In this document: piece by piece, positions 9,362 to 23,475 of the stretch
Layout: each line of letters starts with the position of its first letter
Position numbering within the stretch: the stretch's first letter is position 1
NCBI GenBank assembly: GCA_963514005.1
Contig: OY740782.1
Location: 65,782,001 to 65,846,000, forward strand
DNA: 64,000 bases
Direction of reading: 5' to 3'
Source of the DNA: Raja brachyura
Lineage: Eukaryota
Position numbers and translations under genes: made by a program
Notes under the pieces: model-generated
Seen by the model: only the letters and a program-made list of their open reading frames with translations
What the model was told of the DNA's origin: nothing
Database searches by the model: none

Positions 9362-9879
9362 AATAAAGATTTGATGAAATCCTGCTTGATAAATGTCACA
9401 AAAAAAGGCAAGAAAACACAGGGACATATCTGATAATTTTCTTTGTATAAAAAACAGGTTTATTTCTTTTTGCTTCATCTCATTATTTTGGCTATACACC
9501 ATAATCTATCCTACTTAAAATACAAGATATGATACAACGGGATTATTACATAAAAACTAGGAAAATAACCTGGAAGTTTGGAGACCTTCAGTTTCATTAC
9601 TGAGTGTTGTATTTACGGAAACACCCACATCACTGGCAGAATTGTTGCTGCAATCCCAATCGCATCACTTTTTGTCCCGCGGTTCTGAGTCTTGATGTAA
9701 TGTCCTTACCATCATTTGCTGATACCAACAAATTCGACTGGGTATTTTCTCAGTTTTTAACTGCTTTGAAAACCTTGAGATGCATCTTGAAATTATTAAG
9801 TAACTGTTCAATCACTTAATCATATGCCACTATATTCAGGTTGAAGAAGGCAAGAGTGGCATTAAATAGGATCTTTTAA

Positions 9880-11960
9880 CGATTGATTTGAAGACGCTGT
9901 TAGCAGGTAAAGAGGCAGGTCTGGCAAGCGTGAGTCTTTTAAAAGTGAGATGGGGAGAGTTCAGGATGAATATGCCTCTGTTAGAATGAAGGGCAACACT
10001 GGCACGATCAGGATACCCTGGCTGACAAGGAATATTGAGGATCTGTTCAGGAAAAATAAGAAAATATATGTCAGATATAGGCAGCGGGGATCAAGCAAAT
10101 CTCTTGAGGAATATGAGATGTAGGAATACACTTAAGTAGGTCCCCTGTTGTTTGTCATCTATATTAAGAATTTGGATAAAAATGTACAAGGCATGATTGG
10201 TGAGAATGCAGTTGATACAAAAATTGGTGGTGAGTTGGACAATGAAGAAGGTTATTTAAGCTCACAGCAGAGTCTAGATCAACTGGGAAAATGACGAAGG
10301 AATAGCAGATGGAATTTAACTCAGACATGTGCATAATAATGAATTTTGGGATGTGAAACCAAGGCAGGATTTGCACAATAGATGACAGGCCTTGAGCAGC
10401 GTTGCTGAACTGAGAGACACAGAGGTATATGTACGCAGTTACCTGAAAGTGGTGACACGTGTACACCAGATAATGAAGAAGGTGTATGGAATTCTTGTCT
10501 TCGTCAGACAGTCATAGAGTGATACAGTGTGGAAACAAGCCCTTCGGCCCAACTCGCCCACATCGGGCAACAATGTCCCAGCTACACAAGTCTGACTTGC
10601 CTGCGCTTGGTCTATATTCCTCCAAACCTGTGCCTATCCATGTACCTGTCTAACTGTTTCTTAAACAATGGGATAGTCCCAGCCTCAACTACCTCCTCTG
10701 GCAGCTTGTACCATACACCCATCACCCTTTTTGTGAAAAAGTTACCCCTTGGATTCCTATTTAATCTATTCTCCTCAACCTTGAACCTATGTCCTCTGGT
10801 CCTCGATTCACCTACTCTAGGCAAAAGACTCTGTGCATCTACCCGATCTATTCCTCTCATGATTTTGGATACCTCTATAAGATCTCCCCTCATCCTCCTG
10901 CGATCCAAGGAATAGAGACCTCAATCTCTCCCTATAGCTCACACCCTCTAGTCCTGGCAACATCCTCGTAACTCCTTTCTGAACCCTTTCAAGCTTGACA
11001 ATATCTTTCTTATAACATGGTGCACAGAGCTTCTTCATCTTTTGTGTGGCGTGCACAGACTAAAGTTGTTGGACAACTTGTTCTATTTGATCTTCTGTTT
11101 GACGAGTTGATTGAATTAGTCGAAACAGGGTGGACCACGTGATGGTTGCAATCTTCCACCCCATGCCCAGAGCTGAGCACAATATTCTAAATGGGGTCTC
11201 ACCAATGTCATATACAACTGCAGCATGACCTTCCAACTTCTATAGAAGATTGAGTACAAGAGTTAGGTATAATGTTACAGCTGTAAAGGATGCTGGCAAG
11301 ATTGCACCAAGAACATTGTGTGCATTTTTGGTTACCATACCATAGAAATAATGTAATTTGGCAAGAGAGGATGCAGAAAAGATTTACAAGGATTTTGGCA
11401 GGCTTGAGTTATATGGGGAGATTGGCTAGGCTGGGACTAGATATGGTGGATAGTCACAGTCTTTTTCCCAGGGTGAGCATATCCAAAACTAGAAAGCATA
11501 GATTTAAGGTGAACATTTTTAAATGGTACCTTGGAGCCAAGTTGTGCACACAGGGTGGAGGATATATGGAACAGGCTGCCAGAGGAACTGGAAGAGTTGT
11601 GTGCAGCTACAACATTTAAAGGACATTTTGATAGGTTGGTAGATAAGAAAATTTTAGAGGGATTTGAGCCAAACTTGGGCAAATAGGACTTGTTCAGGAA
11701 GGCACCTTAGTCGACATGGGCAATGGGCCTATTGCTGTGCTATGTAATTCCATGACTCTAAGAACATAGAATGGTACAACAGAAAAATAGGCTCTTTGGC
11801 CACAGTGTCTGTACCACACATAATGTCAAGACCAACTCTTATGTGCCTGCACATGGATACATCTCCATTCCCTGCATATCCATATGCCTATTCAAAATTC
11901 TCTTAAATGCCACTATCGTATCTGCCTTAATCACCATTCCTGGCAGTGTGCTGTAGACAC
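9880..11960. mobile_element. Cluster of nested, decayed CR1-clade LINE 3' fragments on both strands
   Basis: ORF2 C-terminal peptides such as RRMRGDLIEVSKIMRGIDRVD...RTRGH (10612-10908, -) and EHCVHFWLPY...QKRFTR (11290-11619, +). Confidence 0.8.
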
Positions 11961-12259
11961 TCACTACACTCTGTATGAAGAAAAACCTGCCCTGCACATC
12001 TCCTTTAAACTGTCAGTGTGTTTGGGAACTTTTTAGTTTTAGAGACATAGTTTCTCGAAATATAGCTTTTCATTAGTCTCTACAACTGCTTCAGCTTATG
12101 GCACCATGACATTTCTTGTGTTGGAAAACATAAATCGACTTTCATATCTGTGATATACCAGGTCTTGCATGTTTGAAAACTTTTTATTTTAACCTGTTGG
12201 TAATTTCATTACTACTTAGCCAAGTTGTTCTTGCTAGTAATTTTACTATTTTTGTGTAG

Positions 12260-12488
12260 GAAACTTGGAACTGCTGGCCAGAAGCTGGGGGGCTCTGCAG
12301 TCCTGTGCCACATAAAACATGATCCTATGGATCCCAGTGGTTGTTTCATGCTGACTGCAGCCAATGTTGGAAAATGTCAAGCTGTCCTATGCAGAGATGG
12401 AAAACCATTGCCCCTCTCGAAACTTTACAATGTTTGCTGTGCAGAAGAATTAGAAAGAGTAAAACAGCACAAAGCTATCGTCACCGAG
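12260..12488 (+). CDS. PHLPP1: PHLPP1 penultimate coding exon (PP2C-like phosphatase domain)
   Basis: tttgtgtag|G...GAG|gtaaaa; encodes [22 protein letters not shown]...[21 protein letters not shown]...QHKAIVTE and splices in frame (phase 0) to 20952. Confidence 0.93.
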
Positions 12489-13199
12489 GTAAAATATCAA
12501 ATTTTCAGCCATCTGAAACTGAATTATATTATGTGTATCTGAATTATATCATCTTTTTCCAAATAATCCAATTAGTGCAACTATTTATGGCCTTTCAAGG
12601 ATCAGTTATTTTCAGATTATATTTATTATATGGAGCTTCAGGTTCAGAATCCCGTCCAGTAATAGATCTACAAGCTATATTTTGTAGCTTGTAGATATAT
12701 CTGCTGGTTGTCCTGTTGGCACGTAAAATGCTGCAGCTTTCCAGGAACAATTTATAACTGCAGAACCTATTTGTGGAAATAATTATGTTTCTAAAAATAA
12801 TATTGCACCTTACTGCTGAAAGGAACAACAGATCCAGCAATCTCCTGCTCAATAAATGAAGAGTGACTTTGCAATACTTCACTGCCAAGAATGATGGATC
12901 ATAATTGGCATTGTTGGTGGTGTCAATATTTAAGTTGACAAGTAAATTCTGTTATTTTATCACATTAAATTAGAAAACACTTTTCTCAATACCCTATAAG
13001 GGTGAGCAGCAGTGACTATACATGTCAGCTCTTCTTCGCACTGGCTCTGTTTTCTATATTCATCGGTAATCTTATGTGCTATATGATAGCTTGAATATAT
13101 ACCACATTTCAGCTGATCCAGAGAGCTTTGCATATTGAATCATGTGCAAAGGAAAGACCTTTCCTTAGTTCTCCTCTTAAATATATTTTCCCTCATCCC

Positions 13200-14540
13200 A
13201 TTTGGGTCAACATGAATGAGATATTAAAGCTATTTTCCATCTTTGATGTTGAACATGTCATGGAAGTTAGGGAAATCAGGGAAGAGAACAGTGGTGTCTT
13301 GAAGAATATTGATATTACAGAAGCAATGTTGGCTGTCTTTGGACACGTAATGATAGATACATCACAAGTCTATCCTGACAAAGTTATTTGAATCTTCCTT
13401 TGGCCCAAATGAAATGCAGGTACCACTAGAGTGTGGCTAACTTTGTGCCTTTAAGAAGGTCTGTAAGGACAAGCCAAGGAACCACAAACCGCTGAGACTG
13501 ATGTCAGTGGCAGGAAAGTTACTGGGGGGGATTCTGAACAGGATCTATCTACATTTGTAAAACCAAAGACTGATTAGGGATGGTCAGCGTGGGTTTGTGC
13601 ATGAGAAATCTTGCCTCTTGCACAAATATGATTGAGTTTTCTGAAGTGGTGACCAAGATTGACAAGGACTAGGCGGTAAACGTTATCTATGTGGACTTTA
13701 GCAAGGCCATTGACAAGATCCTGCTAGACCAGAAGGTAAGATCAAAGGGGATCGAGGATGAATTAGCAAATTGCACAGAAAATTGGTTTTGTGGAAGGAG
13801 TCAGTGTATGATAAAGGAGTGTTGTTTTTCAGGTTGGATTCCCTGTTGTTTGTAATCTATATTAACGATTAGGATGGGAATGTAGGTGGCCTGATCCGTG
13901 AGTGTGCGGATGACTCCAAAATTGATGGTGTGGTGGACAGGGAAGAATTTTGTCTCAGGTTAGGAATAGTAGATTAAATTTTAACTCGGACGTGTAAATT
14001 GATGGATTTTAGGAAGTTAAACCAGGCCAGGATATACACTGAATGATGGGGCCTGGAGAGTATTGTGGAATAGAGAGATGTTGGAGTACATGTCTATAGT
14101 TCCCTGAAAGTCCCAACACTGTTTGACAATGTGGTGAAGTAAGTTTAGGGTAGCCTGACTTCTTCAGACAAGGCACAGTGTACAACAGTTGGGTGCTTAT
14201 GTCCCAGCTGTGCAAATTATTGGTGAGACCGCTCCTGGAATATTTGTGTGTGGTTCTGTTCAGCATACTATAAAAAGGGTGTGATTATGCTCGAGTGGGT
14301 GCAGAAAAGATTCACAAGGATGGGTAGGCATTAATTATGAGACTGGATAGGTTTGATCAGTATTGCCTGCAGAGAAGGAGGTTGAAGGGTGAATTTTTTT
14401 TTAAATTATAAAATCACAAGAGACATAGATAATATGGTATTTTTCCCAGGTTAGTGGAGTCTAAAACCAGAGGGCTTAGGTTTAAAGTGAGATGAGAAAG
14501 ATTTAAGAGCCTGTTTCTGTGCTGTATAACTTTATGACGC
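13200..14540 (+). mobile_element. Heavily decayed CR1 LINE RT region
   Basis: Recognisable coding remnants (gtggctaac/VAN, tatgtggactttagcaaggcc/YVDFSKA, gcggatgactccaaa/ADDSK) with many stops and indels. Confidence 0.7.
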
Positions 14541-14934
14541 CTTAAATTTAGAAATAATTAAATAACTGCGCTGAAAATTGCCATTTTGAGAATGTGGTCA
14601 TATTAAATTCTATTTTTAAAAAGCATGACAAAATATGTTTGTACTTGATTTCATAAATGCACACAGGCTGGAAGCCCTGGCTAAGGATAAGATTGTTTCA
14701 TTATTCTTTCACTTTCAAACTTTGTTCTTCCTCATTCGCGCAACTACAAATAGGTACTAACACTCTTCCTTTAGCCCTGTTTCAACATTTTACTAGTTAA
14801 ATTGGACTGACCCTGTGCAGCAAAAGTTCATTTGCAGTTCCATTAGTTTATACTTGGAAACTTTTAAGTTTCCCCTTTGAATACATGGGTGTGAAAAAGG
14901 GAGGACACTCAAATTTCTTGTTGCCAAGTATAGC

Positions 14935-17208
14935 ACACCGTCACTTCCACTTCCTCATAAGGCTTAGGAAGTTCAGCTTGTCCCCGACAACTCTCACCAA
15001 CTTCCACAGATGTGCAATAGAAAGCATTTTATTAGGATATATCACAGCCTGGTTTGGGAACAGCTCCTCCAAGACCGCAAGAAATTGCAGCGAATTGTGG
15101 ACGCAGCCCACACCATCACACAAACCAACACAAACTTCCATTGACATCACAGGAGACATACTGGATCTCGCTGTCTCCATCACAGAAGACAGACTATCGA
15201 CGACATCTACTACAAACCTACTGACTCCCATAACTATCTAGACTACACTTCTTCCCACCTTACAGGCTGTAAAGACTCTATCCCCTACTCACAATTCCTC
15301 CGTCTATGCCGCATCTGCGCCCAGGATGATGTTTTCCATACTAGATCATCAGAGATGTCCTCATTCTTTAGGAAAAGGGAGTTCCCCTCTTCCATTATAG
15401 ATGAGGCTCTCATTAGGATCTCCTCGATGTCCCGCAGCGCCGCTCTTGCTCCCCCTCCCGCAATTTGCAATAAGGACAGAGTCCCCCTCTGGAAGGACAG
15501 GGTCCTCACCTTCTACCCCATCAGCCGTCACATACAGCATATAATCCTCTAACACTTTTGCCACCTCCAATGGGATCGCACTTCTGGCCACATCTTCCCA
15601 TCTCCGCCCCTTTCTGCTTTCCGCAGAGACCGTTCCCTCCACTACTCCCTGGTCAACTCGTCCCTTCCCACCCAAACCCCCCCTCCCCCGGTACTTTCCC
15701 CTGCAACCGTAGGAGATGCAACACCTGTCCCTTTACCTCCCCCCTCCATCCAAGGACCCTGACAGTCTTTTCAGGTGAGGCAGAGGTTCACTTGCACCTC
15801 CTCCAGCTTCATCTACTGTATCGGCTGTTCCAGATGTCAACTTCTGTACACAGGCGAGACCAAGCGCAGGCTCAGCGATCGTTTTGCTGAACAGCTCCAT
15901 TCAGTACGCCTTAACCTACCTGATCTCCCAGTTGCTTAACATTTAACTCCCCCTCCCATCCCCAATCTGACCTTTCTGTCCTAGATGTCCTCCATTGTCA
16001 GAATGAGGCCCAGCGCATATTGGAGGATCAGCACCACATATTTCGCTTGGGTAGCTTACACCCCAGCGGTATGAACATTGACTTCTCTAACTTCAAATAG
16101 CCCTTGCTTTCCCTCTCTATCCATCCCCTTCCCAGTTCTCCCACCAGTCTAACTGTTTCCAATTACATTCTATCTCTGTCCCGCCCACTCCCCTGACATC
16201 AGTCTGAAGAAGGGTCTCGACCTGAAACATCACCCATTCCTTCCCTTCAGAGATGCTGCCTGTCCCCGCTGTGTTACTCCAGCATTTTGTGTCTATCTTC
16301 AAACCAGCATCTGCAGTTCTTTCCTGCACATCCCTTCCATTGACTTCATTTATACCTCATACTGCCTCGGCAAGGCCAGCAGCATAATCAAGGATCAGTT
16401 GCACCCTGACCACTCCCTCTTCTCACCTTTCTCATCGGTCAATAGGTATGTAATTTAATTCACATGTTTAATCGATAATGTTTTATTATTAATGTTTAAT
16501 GTTTTATGTGTCATTCTTAACTGTCACGGTATGTCATGTTGTCACTTGTGGGCAGAGCACCAAGGCAAATTCCTTGAATGTGAATACTTAGCCAGTAAAC
16601 GTATTCATTCAAAATGCAACCCTCCAGATTCATGGACAATTTCCTCCCAGCTGTCATTAGGCAACTGAATCATCCAACCACAACTAGAGAGCAGTCCTGA
16701 ACTATCTACTGCATTGGTGACCCGCAGACTATCTTTGATTGGACATTACTGGCTTCACCTTGCACTAAACGTTATTCCCTTATCATGTCCATCAAATCAC
16801 ACACCACAAGATTAATAAACAGTTTCTACCCCAAGGCCATCACAACTCTGCACTGAACATACACCCCCATAGCCGATATTTTGTACTGCTGCAACACTAT
16901 ACTGTGAAATATTGCACATTCTGACGACGTTTTTCCTGTCGTTTTTGTTGTTTCCATTGTCATTATTATTTAACTGATACATTGGAGCTCCGCTCGAGCA
17001 GTGCACCTAAAATTGTGTTGTATGTATTTACAATGACAATAAAGTGTATTATTATTATTATGTATTATTATTATTATTAATGGATCTATACACTGTAAAT
17101 GGCTCAATTGTAATCATGTATTGTCTTTTGGCTGACTGGATAGCATGCAACAAAAGCTTTTCACTGTACCTTGGTACACGTGACAATAAACTGAACTGAA
17201 CTGAACTG
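14935..17208 (+). mobile_element. Rex1/Babar-type LINE 3' fragments, interrupted by a Penelope element and other tails
   Basis: HFHFLIRLRKF...TNFHRCAIESIL..YITAWFGN at 14940-15065; resumes at 16334; ends in an (actga)n tail near 17190-17208. Confidence 0.65.
15146..16333 (+). mobile_element. Penelope-like element, 5'-truncated (RT C-terminus plus GIY-YIG endonuclease, decayed)
   Basis: DIYYKPTDSHNYLDYTSSH...IPYSQFLRL and FTCTSSSFIYCIGCSRCQLLYTGETKRRLSDRFAE; flanked by the 11-bp direct repeat cttccattgac (15135-15145 and 16334-16344). Confidence 0.85.
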
Positions 17209-17948
17209 CTCCACTGATTCAATATTCAACCATGTTGGTTTTGATCCTGCCTTAATCAAGTTAATTTTGTATGGTCGAGGTTTATCTGTCAATATCTTGC
17301 TTGGGAATTCATACTGAGTTCTTGGGATATTTTCTGGCCAGAACCCTACCTGTTGCAGCATAAATTGTTTAAAATCTGGACAAAGTATATCAAGAATTCA
17401 TTGAGTCATTGACCAAAATTGTGAGTGATGAGCCTAGACCACTTAAAATGAACCTAATCAGGGCAGAGCGAAGACAACCATGGCTAAAACCATTCAGAGG
17501 AAATCAGCCCTGTCTCCTTTCATGTCCATGCTTAATTCAATTTGCACAAACTTCGGATTCCAGTTTGATAAAGCATTATTTTTCCACATTAGTTATTCAA
17601 AAGTTAGTGCTAACATATCACCTGCCTTAATAATGTATTGTTCTTTAAAGCCCTTTTTAAGATTGTTCTGGAGCCATTGGTTGAATGTCCAAAACATCTC
17701 AATACCTGACTTTGTTAGATTATATTACATTGCCAAGTTGTTATTCCGCATAATATATGGCTTATACACCATATAATATATAATTTTGGCTTAGAAAGAC
17801 CATCAATTATTGTTGATTCCAACAATTAGACTTGCAGACAGGCCCAAATACAGGAAACAGGAGAAATCAAGTTAATCTTGCTATGCTTTGACTAATCCCT
17901 TTCTTTTAGGAAACTTCTCCCTCTCCTCTATCACCTTTAAGTGACTAA

Positions 17949-18133
17949 TGGGCCTGTCCCACTTTGGCTGTCAGTTACGCGACAGGTCGGTGGCGCACAA
18001 AGATTTTGTGCAGGATGAAGGCCACACTCCTCCATGCCACTCCACATTCCTCCACACCACTCCATGCCCGCTACCCACACGCTAGCAGGCCGCGTAAATG
18101 GCGCGCGAATGACGGCCAAGTGGAACAGGCCCT
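17949..18133. mobile_element. PIF/Harbinger-like MITE
   Basis: TIRs gggcctgtcccactt / aagtggaacaggccc with TAA on both sides (17946-17948 and 18134-18136). Confidence 0.8.
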
Positions 18134-18240
18134 TAAACAAATGGAAGCATGTCCTTATGTTCAGCTGCCTTTCAAAAATAGCTCCTTCAAGCACCAACTA
18201 TTTTGGTGAGCCAACCCCAAGGGATCCTGGTCCCAAATTC

Positions 18241-19511
18241 AGATTCAGATTCAGATTCAGATTCAATTTTAATTGTCATTGTCAGTGTACAGTACAGAGA
18301 CAACGAAATGCATTTAGCATCTCCCTGGAAGAGCGACACAGCAAATGATTTGAATAAATAACAATAAGTGACCGGGGGGGGGGGGGGGGGGGGAGTGATT
18401 GGCAGTCACCGAGGTACGTTGTTGAGTAGCGTGACAGCCGCCGGAAAGAAGCTGTTCCTGGACCTGCTGGTTCGGCAACGGAGAGACCTGTAGCGCCTCC
18501 CGGATGGTAGGAGGGTAAACAGTCCATGGTTGGGGTGAGAGAGGTCCTTGGCGATGCTGAGCGCCCTCCGCAGACAACGCTTGCTTTGGACAGACTCAAT
18601 GGAGGGGAGCGAGGAACCGGTGATGCGTTGGGCAATTTTCACCACCCTCTGCAATGCCTTCCGGTCGGAGACAGAGCAGTTGCCATACCAAACTGTGATG
18701 CAGTTGGTAAGGATGCTCTCGATGGTGCAGCGGTAGAAGTTCACCAGGATCTGAGGAGACAGATGGACCTTCTTCAGTCTCCTCAGGAAGAAGAGACGCT
18801 GGTGAGCCTTCTTGATCAGAGTTGAGGTATTGTGGGTCCAAGAGAGGTCGTCGGAGAGGTTGACTCCCAGGAACCTGAAGCTAGAAACACGTTCCACCTC
18901 CGTACCGTTAATGTGGATGGGGGTGTGCCTGCCGCCCCTGGACTTCCTGAAGTCTACAATGAGCTCCTTGGTCTTCTTGGAGTTAAGGGCCAGGTTGTTG
19001 TCAGCGCACCATGCTGCTAAGTGCTGGACCTCCTCCCTGTAGGCCGACTCATCGTTGTTGCTGATGAGGCCAATCACCGTTGTATCATCTGCATACTTGA
19101 TGATGGTGTTAGTACCATGTACAGGTGTGCAGTCATAGGTGAAGAGGGAGTAGAGGCGGGGGCTCAGCACACAGCCCTGTGGAACGCCGGTGTTCAGGGT
19201 GAGGGTTGAAGAGGTGTGCTTGTCTAACCTAACAGACTGGGGTCTGTTGGTTAGAAAGTCCAGTATCCAGTTGCAGAAGGAAGGAGCGATGCACAGATTA
19301 CCGAGTTTGGCGATCAATTTTGATGGTATAATGGTGTTGAATGCTGAGCTGTAATCGATGAACAGCATTCTTACGTAAGTGTCTCTGTTGTCGAGGTGGG
19401 AGAGGGCGAAGTGCCGTTGAGATGGCATCCTCCGTACTCCTGTTCTTGCGGTAGGCAAACTGATAGGGATCCAGTGTGGGGGGTAGGCAGCTTTTGAGGT
19501 GTGCCAGCTTG
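18241..19511 (-). mobile_element. Rex1/Babar-type LINE, 5'-truncated, young RT region
   Basis: ORF 18406-19632 contains [23 protein letters not shown] and KYADDTT; (ctgaat)n 3' tail at about 18237-18264; possible TSD aaattc at 18235-18240 and 19512-19517. Confidence 0.88.
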
Positions 19512-20951
19512 AAATTCCAGTACTGATATCAGTGTGGTTCAACACTGAGTACCAGAGGACAATGATTATTTGTTTTTTCTGAAGTGGGAAATAATTTGCT
19601 CTTGATCCTAGGAAGATGCATGCTGACAGCAAATGGAGAAAGCACTATGATTCTTCCAACATTCCATGCATATGCCACGCACTAAACAGCTAATAAACAT
19701 AACAGTTCCAAATTACTGCAGATGCTAGAACAGCAGAACAACTAAACATATTGTGATAGTTACCAGAACTAAATAAGGTTATCCTGTTATTCAGTTTTAC
19801 AAAACATAGGTTTTTTGAGTCTTTTTTCTGAATGAGACTTCTGATTCTGCAGATCTGAGATCTTCAGTTACTGCCTGGAGATGTAGAGGTGAACGGGCAA
19901 CTTTCATGGTGTTCTTTCATGCCATCTGCAATAAAATCCCAGGATATGAGAGCATTTCCAGGATGAACCATCTTAAGTGTTACTGAGCTAGTCCCATTTC
20001 CCCATGGCCCTCTTTCCTATCCATGAATATGTCCAAATGTATTTTGAACCTTGTAATTGCACCCGCCTCTACCACTTCCTGCGGCATCTCCTTCCATACA
20101 CACACACCATCCTCTATGTGGTTTAAATTTACGGGAGAAATATATTCTTCTAGTTTCTCAGTTGGAATTTGACAGTAAGCAAGTTTCCTATCTTCCTACT
20201 AGATCTCTCTACATTGATGTTCAGATATATCAAAATTGGACCTATTTTCAGATTCTGAATCAATTTCTGGGTAATACGTTTAATTTGTTTTTCATTAAAG
20301 GAAACATTTCATGCTAGGAAAAAACAGAAATGTTATTTTCTTATGTTTTTACTATATTGTGATTATGTATTTGTCTTCCCAGGCCAACATATTGTAGATT
20401 TAACAATGCATGTATTTTGTATATTGTTAATACAAAATCAACACCTTGTAAAACAAAGAAATGCCTTTGTTGAGCTTAATCCACTGAGAATCTTTTCAGA
20501 ATTGAATTTATGCGATGACCTAAAGGGAATGGTTGTGAGAGTCTGGCCTTATGTTTGTGGCATGCTCTTATTTAAATGTGCAGATTGACAGGTTGAGGTG
20601 AATGCATGAAATGAAGGGCAATGAAACAATATCAAGTTCCATCCAGCAAATTAGTATAAAATGTCTTCCAATAATTTTAAACAATGACTTGATCCTGACG
20701 TATTCTTTAAGTAATCTAATAATTCTGTGTCTGAGCTTTGAACAAATTATGACATTAAAAAGTCATAGGTTTTTCAAATACTTAATTCATGTATAGGAAA
20801 TTTTAAAAAAAACTGTAGGTAGGATTTTGAATCTTTAGTTTGTGTTTGCATATTTAGCTCCAAGAAAGACCTTATTTTCAAAATCTGTTTAACTTCTGAT
20901 TTGATTTTTGGATTTTTTTATCTAAAATTAACCATTTACTTTTGATTGCAG

Positions 20952-22106
20952 GACAACAAAGTCAATGGAGTAACTGATTCCACAAGGATTTTGGGATATG
21001 CATTTCTCCACCCCTATGTCGTGCCCCGGCCACATGTTCAGTCAGTTACCCTCACACCACAAGATGAATTCTTCATTCTGGGCAGTAAGGGACTCTGGGA
21101 TAGTATCTCCTACGTGGAAGCTGTGGACTCTGTGAGAAATGTACCGGATGCTCAGGCTGCTGCCAAGAAGCTCTGCAGTCTGGCTCAGAGCTATGGGTGT
21201 AATGACAGCATCAGTGCCGTTGTTGTTCAGCTGAATGTTAGCGAGGACTGTTTCTGTTGTTGTGACGTGAATGGGGTGCCACCATCCAGCCCGGGAATTT
21301 TCCCACCATCAGTAAATGTAGTTATTAAGGACAGACCAGCAGATAACTTGGGGATGCCATCATCCAGCAGCGGTGTTGCCTCTGAGATCAGCAGTGAAAT
21401 CTCCACCTCTGAAATGAGCAGTGAAGTGGGCTCGACGGCCTCAGATGAGCCACCCCAGGTCACAATGAATGATGGATGCCCTGTCTTCCATGGCGAGCAA
21501 CGGTGTATGTTGCACCCAGTGTGCCTGACCAACTCATTTCAGCGGCAGCTCTCCAGTGCCACCTTCTCCAGCGCATTTTCAGACAATGGACTAGACAGTG
21601 ATGATGAAGAGCCCATTGAGGGCGTCTTTTCAAATGGCAGCAGAGTGGAAGTTGAAGTTGACATTCATTGCATTCAAGTTAAAGAAAAAATGGCTTTACA
21701 TTCAACTTCAGATGCATGTGATGAAGGAATAGTTATTAGTGCAAATGAAGATGAAAACTCTGAAAAATTGATGCACCTGAGAGCTCACAGTGAAACCAAC
21801 TGGCTAGGAGATGACAAGAGCAGGTTTGAGTATTCCACGACAGGGACTATTGGCAGGAGACGTGGAAATGGTTCTGTTGCACCCTCAGAGACGAGCCATA
21901 ATTTAATCGAGGTGGCAGCCGATGCACCATTGAAAAAGAGTGGTGGTTATTTTGCTGCCCCTGCCCAACCAGATCCAGATGATCAATTCATAATTCCCCC
22001 AGAATTGGAGGAAGAAGTGAAAGAAATAATGAAACAACACCAGGAGCAACAGCAGCGCCAATATCAACTAGACCAGCTCCCAGAGAGCTATGACACCCCT
22101 CTATGA
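20952..22106 (+). CDS. PHLPP1: PHLPP1 last coding exon (end of the PP2C-like domain and C-terminal tail)
   Basis: ttgattgcag|GAC; encodes DNKVNGVTDSTRILGY...DEFFILGSKGLWDS...QPDPDDQFIIPPELEEEVKEIMKQHQ...YDTPL*. The DTPL C-terminus is characteristic of PHLPP1 rather than PHLPP2. Confidence 0.96.
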   Translation, partial: DNKVNGVTDSTRILGYAFLHPYVVPRPHVQSVTLTPQDEFFILGSKGLWDSISYVEAVDSVRNVPDAQAAAKKLCSLAQSYGCNDSISAVVVQLNVSEDCFCCCDVNGVPPSSPGIFPPSVNVVIKDRPADNLGMPSSSSGVASEISSEISTSEMSSEVGSTASDEPPQVTMNDGCPVFHGEQRCMLHPVCLTNSFQRQLSSATFSSAFSDNGLDSDDEEPIEGVFSNGSRVEVEVDIHCIQVKEKMALHSTSDACDEGIVISANEDENSEKLMHLRAHSETNWLGDDKSRFEYSTTGTIGRRRGNGSVAPSETSHNLIEVAADAPLKKSGGYFAAPAQPDPDDQFIIPPELEEEVKEIMKQHQEQQQRQYQLDQLPESYDTPL

Positions 22107-22597
22107 CCAGAAAGAAAAGAACTAACTAGCAAATTTGAGCATTATTTCCTCAAATATGTTCTAATATCAAGAGGTTTTGACTTACTTTATAAATCCTCTT
22201 TCCCTGCCTGTTAAACACAATGAAGTGCAGCCATTTTTTAAAATCATTTCTAGATTGTTATTATTGATTAACTAACGAAGATACACATTTAGTATATTGC
22301 CAGCAGTCATTATTGAGTATTTGTTTTAAAAACAGAGAAGTATTAAGAATGATCGATTCTAGTTAATGCTGTAAATGTGGTACTTTTAAAATCATGGCTT
22401 TCTAAAATGAAGTCATAGAAATTTGTAGACTTTAAAACTAACTCCTAGGAGTTGCAACTCATTAATGTGACATAGTCACTGAGATGTACTAATCTTCTCT
22501 GAGAGAACAGTTGATTCACAAATTATTTGTAAATAGTTTAAATGTTGTATAGTGACACATGGAGACAACGTTCCACAATGTAGTGCTGTATTTAAAA

Positions 22598-22611
22598 AAT
22601 AAATAAATAAA
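22598..22611 (+). terminator. Candidate PHLPP1 polyadenylation signal
   Basis: Three overlapping AATAAA hexamers about 490 nt after the stop codon. Confidence 0.55.
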
Positions 22612-22907
22612 GAATGCTTTTTAAATTTCCCATTGTTGCAACTTCAAGAAGATAATCGGCATCTAGATTTCAGTGTGCTGACAACATGGCTGCGATTTAT
22701 CTTTCATGATTCTTTCTCATATTCCATTACCCAACCTCTATCCACACTTGATTTTCTGTTCCCCCATTTCTTCTGCAGCTTTCCAGCACAACTGCACAGA
22801 AAGAAGAAAAACATGCACAGGATCTATGAATAAATATGTGAATCCACTTTTGTTTAAAATAAGTCAGTACTTTAAACAATCAGAAACTGGGTTCCAATTG
22901 AGTATGT

Positions 22908-23250
22908 TCAAGTCCTGCTGAGGAAGGGTAAACACACCAAGGAGTCACAGAGGGTGGGCCTTGCAGAAGGCAGAGAGGTGGGGAGAGGAAGATGTGACCA
23001 GTGGTAGGATAGCATTGCAATGGTGGAAATGAAAAGAATGATGTGCTGGATGTGGAGGCTAATGTGGTGAAAGGTGAGGAACAAGGAAACTACCTTGCAG
23101 TTTCTTTCTGTGCAGTGGAATGAGCGAAGAAGTATGGGGAAATGGAGGTGATGGTGAGTGCTACGTTTCCTGAAAAAATAGGTAATTTCAGATGATCTGG
23201 AACAGAAGGCTTCATCTTGAGAATGGACGTAGTAGAGCTGAAAAAACATA
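22908..23250 (-). mobile_element. Decayed Penelope-like fragment
   Basis: Reverse complement resembles 15300-15670 of the Penelope element above. Confidence 0.6.
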
Positions 23251-23475
23251 GAAGAAAATTTGCTCTCATGGAATTTATGTGGGGTGACAAAAGTAAATAA
23301 ATCAATACATATTTTCAACACTTGTTTCTTGACGCATGCAAGCAAGACTTGCTTTACGTTGCAGGAAATTGCAATTCAGCCCATTTTCTGGTAACACAAC
23401 CTCACCCAACCCAGCACCTGCCCCTGTAACATAGGTGATGCCTGTATCTGTGTTTGGTGCTGTTCAGGTCCATGA

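Noticed and set aside
19512-19632. N-terminal extension of the 408-aa RT ORF
   Set aside because: Flanking intron sequence that happens to be open; LINE homology stops near 19511 and shifts frame near 19410.
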